From positions 131,440,001-131,504,000 of the forward strand of contig NC_058374.1 of NCBI RefSeq assembly GCF_018350175.1: a DNA stretch of 64,000 bases, in the 5' to 3' direction. The DNA comes from Felis catus (Eukaryota). A model generated the notes under the pieces. That model made no database searches. It was given only the letters and a program-made list of their open reading frames with translations, and was not told where the DNA came from. The translations under genes were made by a program, and so were the position numbers. Below, in pieces: positions 11,401 through 23,800 of the stretch (the stretch's first letter is position 1; each line of letters opens with the position of its first letter).

Positions 11401-13022
11401 CCGAGTCCTAGACCTTGAGAGTTGAGGGTGGCCACGCATCCTGTGGTCCCCACTCTGCCCACCAGACTGGGTGGGGACACAGGCCCGGACACAGACCCTG
11501 AGCGAGCCAGGGCCTCCCGGCCAGGGCGTTCTCCCCTGCCGCCCCTCTGTGACCCCCGTCCGTTTCCTCTCGCACCCCAGGGCCTCTTCCGCCTGGCCGC
11601 TGGGGCCTCGGTGCTGAAACGTCTCAAGCAGACCATGGCCTCGGACCCGCGCGGCCTGCAGGAGTTCTGCTCCGACCCCCACGCCGTGGCAGGTGCCTGC
11701 CCCGAGGAGCCCCGGGAGGAGGGCCTTCCCCCCAGATCCCTTCCCCTCAACGGCCTGAAATGCTCCCATGATAGTTTGGCTGAGGGCCTGATCATCTGCC
11801 GAGGAGACACCTCCGGAGACATAGGGGTCCTTAAAGTGGGGCCCATGATGCGTACGTACATTTTTCTGGGACCAGGTCCACCAGCCTTCGGCATTTTCTC
11901 CAAAAGGCCCATGGCCCAAAGAAATGATCAGATCTAGACACATTAGTGGGAACAAGGGCCTGGTTCCCAACAGATGGAGAGAGCTGGGCACTGGCGTGGA
12001 GGTAGGGGGCTTGGGGGACTGTGTCTAAGCCCCGCCCCCCCCCCTCCCGCCCTGCCACCGCTTCAGGTGCCCTCAAGTCCTATCTGCGGGAGCTGCCAGA
12101 GCCCTTGATGACCTTTGACCTCTATGACGATTGGATGAGGGCAGCCAGGTGAGTTTATGCTGTGGAGGGCGGGGCTGCAGAGGTGGGGCCCCAGGGCCCT
12201 GGCCTGGCTCACCCGGTCTCTCCCCCCGCCACCCAGTCTGAAAGAGCCAGGAGCCCGGCTGGAGGCCCTCCAGGAAGTGTGCAGCCGCCTCCCCCAGGAC
12301 AACCTCAGCAACCTCAGGTGAGCCCAAGCCTGCCCCCTCGGCCCGAGCAGCATTTCTGAAACCACGGCTAAAATGGCCTAGTCCTATCTTCCATCCTGAC
12401 GTTGCAGCCAAACACACACCTTGAACCTCTGAAGCCACACCACCTGGCTTCAGATTCCCACCTCTGCCACCTTGTGGTCCGAGGCAGGTGAACTGACCGC
12501 TCTGTGCCTCAGTGCCCTCATCTGGAAAACACAGAGCGTAGCAGTCCCTACCCCGCAGGGTGGCTGGGAGAGTCTCAGCTTAGCTCAATGCCTGACACAT
12601 ATATGGTGCTCAGCAGGTCAGCCGATTTAACTATTAAAACATTTTAGGGGTGCCTGGGTGGTTCAGTCGGTGGGGCATCTGACTCTTGATGTCAGCTCAG
12701 GTCGTGATCGCAACGGTTCGGGGGATCGAGCCCCGCATCGGGCTCTGTGCTAACGGCTTAGAGCCTGGAGCCTGCTTTGGATTCTGTGTCCCCCGCCCCC
12801 GCCCCTCCCCCGCTCATGCTCTGTCTTGCTCTGTCTCTCAAAAATAAATAAATGTTGGGGCGCCTGGGTGGCTCAGCCGGCTGAGCGCCCGACTTCGGCT
12901 CGGGTCGTGATCTCGCGGTTCGTGAGTCCGAGCCCCGCGTCGGGCTCCGGGCTGACGGCTCGGAGCCTGGGGCCCCCTTCGGATTCTGTGTCTCCCCGTC
13001 TCTCTGGCCCTCCCTGCTCACG

Positions 13023-13058
<36 letters not shown>

Positions 13059-16000
13059 AATAAACGTTAAAAAAAAATTTTTTTTTAATAATAAATAAAT
13101 AAATGTTAAAAGCAATCAAAAACAAATTTTAAGCCACCCGATGGGGTACCTTTGCCACTCTTTGGAAACCCCAGGCTGAGAAATTCTCAGGCCTCAAGGG
13201 CGTCAATGGGCGTTCACGGCCAAAGACGCCCTGTCCCTGGCCAAGCCCACCTTCTGCCTCCCCAGGTACCTGATGAAGTTCCTGGCACGGCTGGCCGAGG
13301 AGCAGGAGGTGAATAAAATGACGCCCAGCAACATTGCCATCGTCCTGGGGCCCAACCTGCTGTGGCCTCCCGAGAAAGAAGGGTGAGGGGCTGCAGCTCG
13401 GGGGAAGGCGGCAATCCCCACCTCACCCGTGCGCTGCTTATTTGTTCCCCCGGGCCTCAGTTTCCCCATCCTTGGAGTGGATCAAGCAGCTCCTCTTCTC
13501 CAGGCTGCCGAAGGGAGCGTGGACCCCACGGGGCTTTGGAGATGGGCATTCTGGGTGGTACTGGTAGCGGGCTGCCTGGAAGGCTGGGAGCCCAGCGATT
13601 TTCGTTCCAGCCCCGCCCCTCGACCTTCCAGAAATGCCTTTAGGAAGCTCACTCTCCGGAGCTCCCACTGCTTCCTCCGTAAATTGGAGAGAAATCATTA
13701 CCAACTTTGAGGGGTTTGGCGTGGGGAATTAGACGAGGAAATGGAGAAATGTTTTATGCACCGTAAAGGGCGAGGGGTCACTATAATTCACCCGGCCACA
13801 GACGGCACAAAGATTTCATTCGTTTGCCGAGGACGATTACTTGGGCGAGGCAGCCTAGAGCCGAGACCTACGAGGAAGAGGGTCCCGTCCCTGGCGAGCG
13901 ATGCCTGTTGTGGGTGAAGGAAGGGGAACATTTGGCACGTGGGCGACACATTCGTCATCCCCCGGTGGTCCCTGAGCTTTCTGAGAACAGGCACTTGGCG
14001 TGATTGGGCCACACAGAGTTGGGGTCGCTAACAGGTTGCAGAATGGATGGCTCACCTCCATTCCTTTTTCTGCCCCAGGGACCAGGCCCAGCTGGACGCA
14101 GCCTCAGTGTCCTCCATCCAGGTGGTGGGCGTGGTCGAGGCTCTGATACAGAACGCGGACACCCTCTTCCCGGGAGGTGAAGTTCCCCGTCTTTGTGAAC
14201 ATGTCCCCTTGTGCCCTCCTCTGCCCAGCTGGGTGCCCTCCAGACTTAGCTTCCGTCCCTGGCGGCCTCATTATGAGGCCCCGAGCAAATTGCTTCTCTG
14301 CCGTGAGCCTCCCTGTCTCCCCTGTACAATGGGGATGATCCTGCCTGCCTCGTGGGATTGTCATGAGGCTCACGTGGGAGTAGGGAGGCGATATGTGGTC
14401 CAGATAACGTCGGGGGAAAAGGCAAGAGGCCCTGATGTTGGCCGAGGCGGGAAGGCTGGCGGAGGTTCTGGAAGCTAAGACCTGCTTCCTTCTGTCTGCA
14501 GACGTCAACTTCAACGTGTCAGGCCTGTTCTCAGCCCCTGTCCCCCAGGACAAGGTCAGCAACAGGCCAGCTTCTGAGGAGCTTCCAACGGTCGCTGTGT
14601 CCACACCCGCTCCAGCCCCAGCCCCTGCCCCGGCCTCAGCGGCTGCCAGGGAAAAGTAAGGACTGATGGAAATGAATGACCCCCATCTTTGCCCCAAGAT
14701 GTCCAGCTTGAGGCACGATCTCCGGGCTTCCAACAGCATCTTGGGAAACGTCATTATTGTATTTTCCATCCCAAATACCGGGATTCCCCATTTGGAGTGG
14801 ACGGGGTGGAGACCCAGACGCTGTATTCCGCTCGGCCTCTAATGTGCCTCCTCGCTCGTCGTATGGCTGTTTACTGAGCACCCACTATGTTCCAGGCACT
14901 GTTTCAGGCCCTGGGGATTTAGGGAACTAGGGAGCGGATCAGCTGGAATTTTGTAAACACCTTCCAGTGTTCTCTTTGGTCCTTCAGATCTCGAAGGGCT
15001 CCGTCGTACATGTTGTCTCCATACCAAACAGGCACTAGTCTGTCATCACCCAGGCAGGGCGCACACCGTGACTTTTCTCAGAGGAACAAAACAGACAGAC
15101 GCTGGCCTTAGAGCTTGCTTTCCTAGGGCCGGGGAGAGAGGGCCAACCAGTACATCCATAAATGGGTACTGTCATGGCAGGCAGTGATACGTGCCCTTAC
15201 AGGAGAAGAGAGCAGGTTAGGGGGAGGGAGTGGGGAGCTGCTCTAGCCTGGGGATCAGGAAAGCCTCCCTAAAGAGGAGCCAACTGAGCAGAGACCTGGA
15301 GGAAACCCAGAAGGAGCCATGGCCGCCCCTTGTGCTTCTTGTCCGTTCTCTGGCTTCTCGTGGCTGGAACATTCAGTGGAGATCACACGGAGGCCGAGAG
15401 CCGAGGCCCTGCTTTCTACCTGCCATCCTGGCCCATGGGGACCCACCGTCACAGGGTCACGTGGAAGCCAGGGGTTCAGCGGACCCAAACTCTGGCCAAT
15501 GCCAGGAGCGTCTTCTTGAGGGAGGGGGGCCCAGCCTGGGGACAGATCCCAGGCCCAGTGACCAGGGGCAGGGGACAAGTCCTGGGAGGATCCAAAGTCA
15601 GCCTGGTGCCTTGGGAGTCTCCCCAAGATTCCAGACTTCTGGGAGATGGCCAAGCTGGACCCTGACCCTCTCCTTCTTTCACAGGATAGAGTCCGAGGCG
15701 CCCCCCAGACCAGCCTCTCCCAAGGTCAGTAGGAGCCCCTCGGAGGCAGCCACTCCAGGGGAGGACATGGCTCGAAAGAGTAAGTTGGCCAGGGGAGGGA
15801 AGGGGGGAAGAGGGTGGGCAAGGAGAGGAGCTGGGCGGTCAGACCATCTCGTGTTTTCGGACAGCTGGGAGGCCAGGAATCCAGGTGGCTAAGAGCCTAG
15901 GTTTGCTGCCTGACGCTCTGGGTTCAGATTCCGGTGCTGTGACCTTGGGCAGGGGACTTCACTGTCTGCCCCCTCAGCTTCCTCCTCTGTGTAATGAAAC

Positions 16001-17544
16001 AATAACCACACCTACCTTGTAGGGCTGTTGGGCAAATTAAACGGTGCTCTCCTGGCTGGTAGCTGGTACCCAGTAAGTGCTCGATAAAGCTCAGCCCTCC
16101 TCCTGAGCGTAGTGGGGCTGTGGAGTCCGGCCCCTCAAGAAGTCCAGAGATCAGAGTGAAGAGGTGGGATAGAGGCTTCAAAGGGCCGGTGGGCTGGGCG
16201 TGGAAAGAAACTCGGGGCTCCTCTGAGCCCCTTTGGTGCACTCACCTGTTGACTTGGCCTCAAGCCCAGCAGGTGAGAAGGCGCAGGGTTCAGATGAGGG
16301 GTCACTGCCAGTGATCAGGACACTTGGGAGGGCCCAGCCAGCCCAGGAGGCACTGGAGTTTTCTCCCTGGGGGTACAATGTAGAGCTACAGGACCCTCCG
16401 GACCAGCATGGGGTTGACAGGTCACACAGGGGCCTTCCTGCAGGAGGAGGCGTCCAGCCACCGTTCCTGGATGGGGGCAAGTGGGATAGGTGTTCACCGG
16501 GGCTCAGCACCTCAAGCCCCTGAAGGTCTTTGTGTCAGCCCTGGGAGGTCCAGGCTCTCATCCCATCTTAACGATGAGGAAACTGAGGCCCCAGGGAGGC
16601 AAGCGATTTGCCCAAAGCCCACAGTGGGTGGAGGCAGGGCTAGGACCCGTGTCCAGGCCTCTTGGCTCCTCAGCTGTCTCACGCGATCGGAACGGTGTAG
16701 CAGGGTCTCTGAAAACCAGGGTGGGTGGCTCTGGTGGCTCCTGAGCGGTGAGAGTGGCCCAAGAATCCAGAGGAACGGTGAGCGTTTCTTCATTCGGCGA
16801 CTGTGTATCGATCCGTGCCCCGCGCTGTGCTAGCCAACCCCGCACGGGATGGCCTCGCTTAGTTTCCGTTCCAGCCGGGGACTCAAGCAAAATAAAAACG
16901 GCCATGGTCGTTTCAGAGGGCAGCAGGTCCTGTGAAGAAAATCCAACAGGAAAATGTGACAGTAACTGGAGCAGGGCAGGGGAAGGGACACGGAGAGAGA
17001 GAGGCCTAAGTGTCAGGGAGCCGGCCGTGGAAACCGTGTTCCCAGCAGAAGGAATGGCAGGTACAAAGGTCCTGCGGTAGCATGGAGCTTGGTGGACTGG
17101 CCACAGGCAATGTGGATGCCTAACTGCCCCTGTCCTTCCTCCACAGCTAAGCGCCCAGCGCCAGCCCGGCCCACCATGCCGCCCCCCCAGGTCTCCAGCC
17201 CGCGCTCCTCCCCTCCAGCCCCACCCCCGCCCCCTGGCTCTGGCAGCCCCGTGACCCCCCAGGCCCTGCCCCGCCGTCTGGTCGGCAGCAGCCTCCGGGC
17301 CCCCACGGTGCCACCCCCCTTGCCTCCCAACCCCCCGCAGCCCGCCCGACGCCAGAGCCGGCGTTCGCCGGCCTCCCCGGGGCCGGCCTCCCCTAGCGCA
17401 GTGTCTCTGAGCATGCCTGTGCAGGTGGACCTAGGGGTGGCCACGGAGGAGGGACGGGCCCCTGAGGTTGTAGGCAGGGCCTCCACTCCCCCGGCCGTCC
17501 CCCCTCAACCCCGGCCCAGGAGCCTTGCCTCAGAGACCGACTGA
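5260..17544 (+). CDS. SH3BP1: SH3 domain-binding protein 1 (N-BAR + RhoGAP + Pro-rich tail), 686 aa; join(5260-5318,6553-6595,6836-6940,8025-8101,8381-8492,8596-8672,9176-9320,10036-10104,10269-10359,10742-10887,11581-11692,12067-12148,12237-12317,13266-13382,14079-14176,14502-14655,15685-15779,17147-17544)
   Basis: All 17 introns are GT-AG and phases chain correctly (2061 nt, 687 codons). Starts MMKRQLHRMRQLAQTGSLGR. RhoGAP motifs: EEGLFRLA (arginine finger), LKSYLRELPEPL, NKMTPSNIAIVLGPNLL. Tail has the 3BP-1-type Abl SH3 ligand APTVPPPLPP and a PxxxPR motif (PPQPRPR). Confidence 0.97.
9694..9895 (+). mobile_element. CanSINE in SH3BP1 intron 7
   Basis: ggtggctcagtcggtcaaacgtctgactc head, (CT)n, degenerate tail. 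Confidence 0.88.
12647..13125 (+). mobile_element. Nested CanSINEs: inner copy 12857-13092 inserted into the tail of the outer copy
   Basis: Two heads (12647, 12857); inner TSD aaataaataaatgtt on both sides. Confidence 0.92.
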
Positions 17545-17879
17545 GCTGGCGGTTTCCCCTGCGACAGTCAGCATCTCCTCCCTCCCACCGGTCTACCCAG
17601 GACACAGCCCTCGCCCTTCCCAGGGCTGGGGGCCTCCAGCCTCTGCCTACAAGTGCCTCGGTGCCCGCTGGGTCGGCCCCCCTGGCAAGGAGGACTCAGG
17701 CTAGTCCTCCACTTCCAGACCTTTTCCTCCTGAACCCACACTGGGCTTGGGGGCCCCTCACCCGACTCCCAGCTCTCTGGCAGGGTCCCAGGGGAGCCGC
17801 CGGAAGGAAGGAGGGGCCTGCCTGCCCCTACAGGACTCTTAATTGTCTCTTGCCAACGTATTTTTTTGTAAGGCTGGTA

Positions 17880-17951
17880 AATAAATTATTTTGGACAAAA
17901 CCGGAGCAGCTGCCCAAATGATAGTTGGTTTTTTTCTGCCCTCCAAATAAA
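17880..17951 (+). terminator. SH3BP1 polyadenylation signals (AATAAA at 17880 and 17946)
   Basis: Two canonical hexamers about 340 and 400 nt after the stop, each followed by T/GT-rich sequence. Confidence 0.8.
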
Positions 17952-18361
17952 GAAGCCACTTTCATAAAGGGGAAGATCTTTCCTGTTCTTTGCCTCCTTT
18001 CTTTCTTGCTGTCTGGAATGATAAGAGCCAGCATTTTTAGCTCTTACTCTGTGCTATACATTGTGCTTTTCCATGCGTGGTTTCCATGGACTCCTCTCCC
18101 TGGGAAGTGGATCCTGTCACCTTCCTACAGGTTGAGGAGACTGGGGCTCAGAAAGCGACCTGCCAGACACACAGCAAGTGAGGCATGGACGTGGAAGGAG
18201 GACGCGGGTCTGATTCTAGAGCCTGGGCCCGTCCCTCACGTCCGGAGCAATTAACTGCCTAGTGTTCCACTTTCCTCATCCGGGAAACAGTACAGCAGTT
18301 GCCACCCCAGGACTGTCGTTCCGAGAATGAAACGGGACATTCCTATAAAGACCAAAGCATA

Positions 18362-18604
18362 GGGGCGCCTGGGTGGTGCAGTCGGTTAAGCGTCCGACTT
18401 CAGCCAGGTCACGATCTCGCGGTCCGGGAGTTTGAGCCCCGCGTCAGGCTCTGGGCTGATGGCTCGGAGCCTGGAGTCTGTTTCCGATTCTGTGTCTCCC
18501 TCTCTCTCTGCCCCTCCCCCGTTCATGCTCTGTCTCTCTCTGTCCCAAAAATAAATAAACGTTGAAAAAAAAATTTAATAAAAAAAAATAATAAAAATAA
18601 ATAA
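18362..18604 (+). mobile_element. Young felid SINEC_Fc-type element
   Basis: cagccaggtcacgatc and gatggctcggagcc variants shared with the copy at 58488; perfect 16-bp TSD ataaagaccaaagcat (18345-18360 / 18605-18620). Confidence 0.95.
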
Positions 18605-19739
18605 ATAAAGACCAAAGCATCACCCTTGCACACAGAAGCGCCCCATAAGCACTGGCTCCCGTGAATGCCAATCCCCCCAACCCCTGGTGTTCTCAGAGTA
18701 GGCAGGAAAGGCTCCCTCGAAGAGCAGGGATGGGTCTGTCTGCAAACCGCTGAGGCTGCTGGGTGCTGCACCCTGAGCCAGACCCCGGCCTCAGCCCAGC
18801 ACCCAGGGAGCTCCTGGGAACAGACACGCAGGAGAGCTGACAATCAGAATCAAGTATAATGGCACCGGGAGCCCATGTGAAACCAGTTAGGGGCTGACCA
18901 TCGAACCCAGACTCATGTGTTTGTGTGTGGAGGGCACAGGTAGGCTTCGTGGAAGAGGTGATTCAAAGAGGAGTCTTCCAGGAGTTGACCAGGTGAAAAA
19001 GTCAGGGAAGAAGGAAGAACATTCCAGGCTACGGAGACCACCTACTACAGGAGCAAAAGGCCAGCGGGCATTGGGGACCGGAAATTATCTGAGCCTCAGA
19101 GAGGGTTGATAGGGTGTGGCTTTTCCCAGGTTGCTCCTGGAGGTCAGGTCTTCAGAGCCTTCTCAGAGGTCAGACAACTTGGAATTTTGACACATGCCTC
19201 CCCGAATAGGGACTTAGGCAGCTAAGTCACGCTATCGCCGCTGCCTGAGCCACTGACTACTGTTGCTCTGGCTCCTTCCCTCCCCAGGGTGCTTAGCGAC
19301 AGGCTGCCTCTCCCAGCCTGGTGACCCAGTGCCTCTCCACCCTGGCCTCGCAGTACAACCCCTATGTCATTAAAAAACAGCAAATAAATAAAGTCCTGGG
19401 CCCCACCCAATTAAGTCAGGATCTCTGGGGTGCTGCGTCGCTTTGGTATTTTTAAACAGCATTTGTCAAAGTCACCGAACTGTACATGTAAGATCTGCAC
19501 ATCTTACTTGTATGCAAATTAAACCTCAAAATACATGTTCCCCGGGGGACTCTACCAGCCAGCGTCGAGAACGACTGGTCTAGGCCCAGGGCCCCAGCGC
19601 TCAAGAAGACACTATGCGCCTCTCTCCTAATCATACCCATACGCTTCTCAGGACTTGGCTCAGAACCGGAGCGTCCAAGGTTCAGAGGGCAAGGGGTTCT
19701 GACCCAAAGGCAACATCTCCCTTGGCATCTGTTTTCCTC

Positions 19740-20810
19740 CTAGCAACTAAGCTTCTGATTGGCTGGGGAACGTAAGCGCGGCTCTCCGCTCCAGATTTTC
19801 TATTCGTAACTCTTTACTGGCCAAGAAGAACGTCAGTTTATCCTTTAAAAGGCTAGTCGGGGTTGAAACTCGGCGGCAACTGGCCTAGCAGAGCTAGGGG
19901 GAGGGGCGAAGGGCTAGGCTCGGTCATCATTGGCCCCCGCCCCTCGGCCGCGGCCGCGATTCACCGTGCTCTCCAGGCTCTGTTAGCTCGGGGCCTCGGT
20001 CCTCTCCGAGATTCTTGCTCCCATTGGCCCGCGAGCCAGGCCGTGACTCCGCCCCCTGGCCCTTCCCGCGCGTCGATTGGCAGCTGCGGGGAACGGGGCG
20101 GGCTGCGGGCGAGCGCGCCGTGCCCGCAGAGGGAGAGCCGCGCGGCGTGCGGGCGTGCGAGCGGCCGGCCGGCTGCATGGCGCGCTGCGAGCGGCTGCGC
20201 GGCGCGGCCCTGCGCGACGTGCTGGGCCGGACGCAGGGGGTCCTGTTCGACTGCGACGGGGTGCTGTGGAACGGCGAGCGCGCCGTGCCGGGCGCCCCGG
20301 AGCTGCTGGAGCGGCTCGCGCGGGCGGGCAAGGCGGCGCTGTTCGTGAGCAACAACAGCCGGCGCGCGCGGCCCGAGCTGGCTCTCCGCTTCGCGCGCCT
20401 CGGCTTCGGGGGCCTGCGCGCCGAGCAGCTCTTCAGCTCCGCGCTGTGCGCCGCGCGTTTGCTGCGCCAGCGCCTGCTGGGGCCGCCGGAGGTGCCGGGC
20501 GCCGTGTTCGTGCTGGGCGGCGAGGGGCTGCGCGCCGAGCTGCGCGCCGCGGGGCTGCGCCTGGCGGGGGACCCCGGCGAGGACTCGGGCGCGGCCCCGC
20601 GCGTGCGCGCCGTGCTCGTGGGCTACGACGAGCACTTCTCCTTCGCCAAGCTGAGCGAGGCGTGCGCGCACCTGCGCGACCCCGACTGCCTGCTCGTGGC
20701 CACCGACCGCGACCCTTGGCACCCGCTCAGCGATGGCAGCCGGACCCCCGGTGAGCGCGGGGCTGGCGGGGAAGCAGGTGGGGTGGCAACCTGCGCTTCA
20801 CCTCCGCGCC
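19740..20810 (+). promoter_or_regulatory. PDXP CpG island and promoter with four reverse CCAAT boxes
   Basis: ATTGG at about 19758, 19929, 20023 and 20076 plus GC boxes; dense CpG through exon 1. Confidence 0.85.
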
Positions 20811-23800
20811 GAGGGGAGAGGGGCGAGGAAGGGGTGTCTCCGGGTGACAGGTGGGGAACCGGAGAGATGCGAGGGCGGTTCCCACCCTGCAGGAGCCCAG
20901 GGGAGCGTTTTCATGGCCACGTCTGGTAATTCTTGAAACTGCCACCAGTCGAGGGGCAGTAGTAGGGTCTCCGTTTAACAGATGAGGAGACTGAGGCCCG
21001 TTGCGGTTCAGGGGGGTTGCAGGCGGAATCCAGGTCCTCGACCCCCCCAGCCCTAGCCTTACCGAACCAGCCTCAGGGATTCCTGTCATTTTGTCCTACC
21101 CGCCATCGGGGTGAGGTCGGAGAGTTGGGAACAAAGCCTGGGAGGATTGTCCCCCCCGTCGAGCGGTTGGAACACCATTGGCAGCGGCAGATTGTAGGTG
21201 GGTGTGCGGGGAGCCTTCGAGGTGGATGGAGTTTGACCCAGGGCCCTGTAATCTTAAATTACATAACGTCGGAGCATCTCTGTCCTGGGTGTAGAATGGG
21301 AATGCTAACCATGCCAGTTCCCTCAGAGGGAGAGTGATCAGGGTGAGTGCCTGGCACATAGTAGGTGCTCAGATGGTGTGGGTTGTATCCAGAGCCCTCT
21401 CCTGTTAGTACAGGGCTTCATGAAGTACCTTGCTGTTTGTTCTTAGTTTCTAAATTACTCTGGAGCTGGGAGTTACTGTCCCGTTTCTCAGATAAAGAAA
21501 CTGAGGCTAAGAGAGGGGAAGTGAGCTGCCCAAGAACAGGAAGACCTGAACTTGGCTCTTGTGGCCACCCCAGCCCCCACCCCAGCCCCATCCAAGGCTC
21601 TGTTTGCTGCTGTCATCTGGATGTTCAGGCCTGCAGAGGAGGCGGGAGCAGGTGGAGGCTCCTACATCTTGGAGGGTTTGAATCAGTCAAGGGCAGACGG
21701 TGGCAGAAGCTGACAGTGGGGAGTGTGTGTGGACAAGTCACTACCCAAGTCAGGAGGCTGAAGGTAGGGACAGGTCTCCCATCGTTCCCTCCTCGCTGGT
21801 CACCTGGGCCATGCTATGAAAAGTGAGTTTCTCCTTGGAGGCTCACGGTTCAGGTTAAGACTGGGTTAAGGGGCCCTCTAGGACTCAGGAAGGGTGGTGT
21901 GGACGAGCCCGAGAGAGGGGCCAGGCCCTGCCTACGCCTGCCTGCCCCTTTCATCTCTGGCTCCACCTGATTGGGTCACTGGCCCTGTTGATTGTTCCCA
22001 CAACCTAGAGGGGGAAGCAGAGGCTCAGCCGTGTTTGTGCACAGCTGAAAGGCGGCTTTGAAACGGTGGTATAGAAATAAACTAATAAAGGCCCCGTCGT
22101 GCGTAAAATCTGAACTAACGCAGCGGGGGTCTGTCACCCCCGTTTCCCCCTCCGTTCCCCTTCCCTGGTGGGTCTCCTAAATGTGTGTTTACCTTCTTGC
22201 CCACATGGCGGTCACTTGAACTGGCAAATAGAAATGCCTGCTGTCTGAGGACTATGTCACCACTAAAACACGTGACAGCCTTGGATGACAGGATGTTAAA
22301 TGAAGTGGGATGATGGTAGTCTGAGGACAGAGCTCTCTTCACAGTTGCCCCTGCCAGGATGCCCGCTCCCCTACGGTAGGGATCCCTGTTGCATTCACTG
22401 CTCTGTGCCCAGTGCCTAGCATAGAGCCTGGTAAATATTGGCTGAGGGGATAAAGTGGGCTGGGCGGGGGCTAAGGGCGATCAGCTCTGTCCTGGTGGGA
22501 AAGGAGATCGCCGACCCGGCCGAGACCAATCTTGAGCCGAGCAAAACACTTTGGGGGTGACTCAGTTGAGCCCTTCCCATCCTGGAAGGAATTTCTAACC
22601 AAGGAGGCAAATGGCTTTTCTTCCCTACCCAGTTATCAAGAAAGCAAGCACATTCTAGGTCGGATGTCAAGGCGAACCTCCCAGGAGTGTTGCTCCGGGT
22701 CAGCTCCGCCCTGGTCCTGTGACACTGGGGAAGTTCCTCCTCCTCCCCCTCCTCCTCTGGGGATTTGCTGGGCTGAGGATTTCTTGTCTTTTTTTTATTT
22801 TTGAGAGAGACAGAGACAGATCATGAACAGGGGTGGGGAGGGGTGGGGCAGAGAGAGAGAGAGAGAGAGGGAGACAGAATGGGAAGCAGGCTCCAGGCTC
22901 TGAGCTGTCAGCACAGAGCCCGATGCGGTGCTCGAACTCACGGACCATGAGATCATGACCCGAGCTGAAGTCGCATGCTTAACCGACGGAGCCACCCAGG
23001 CGCCCTGAGGATTTCTTGCTTTTGAGCCTGCTTTACCGTTCTGTAACTTCGGCTTGACTGCTCAGAATGTCACCCTTTGTGAAAGGAGAGAGGCCCAGGG
23101 CATTTGGGGTCAACCCAGTGGTGTACTGACAATTGTTTCATAACTGGGGGGGGGGGGGGAGGGAGGGGGCTTAACTGATACCATTTCCCAATTTCTGTGG
23201 CACAAGTACTCCCACCATGGCCAATTTCAAGCTGCCAGCATAAAGTCACTGAACTGTGGAGTTGGGAAGGTTTGTGCACACACCATTCATTATACAGTAT
23301 TTCCATCATTACAGATGTAAGCAATCTCAAGAGGATAGATGATGCTAAGGTAATTAGGAAGAAATGAGTTTTGAGAACTTAGTGCCTTTGTTTTCAACAG
23401 TTAATTTGACTGTACGTTTAGACGGTAAGTTGACTTTTCATCGTGGCTTTCACAAGCAGTTCACCAAATTCCTGAAAGTGAAGCACTCAGCACTCCCAAG
23501 CCGGGACAAGCCGGCCCAGCGCGTGACTGGGTCGGACCCACCCGAACACATACCCTTTGTCTGCTGCTCGCGAAGCTGTGCGGCCCCGGATAAGTTACTC
23601 AGGGTCACAGAGCGTCAGCTTTCTCATCCGTGAAATGGGCTTTCGTGAGCACCCAGGACAGCCCACTTGAGAATGTGCTCCGTAAATAGTGATTATCATC
23701 ATCGTTGGTTCAGGGACATTAATGCGAAGGCAGAACCTTCTGGCACAAAGATGTGCCTGTGGGACGGGCACAGTGGACTCATTGTGTGGGGCAGCATGGT

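Noticed and set aside
12647-12930. tRNA-like A/B box sequences
   Set aside because: tRNA-derived SINE heads without a full cloverleaf.
13312-13317. AATAAA inside SH3BP1 exon 14
   Set aside because: Encodes the conserved N-K of the RhoGAP NKM motif; no downstream GU/U element.
20015-20176. 54-codon in-frame extension upstream of the PDXP ATG
   Set aside because: Starts at TTG among the promoter CCAAT boxes, likely upstream of the TSS; the 296-aa protein from 20177 is complete.
19961-20722. 253-aa antisense ORF over PDXP exon 1
   Set aside because: Expected shadow of extreme GC3 codon bias on the sense strand.
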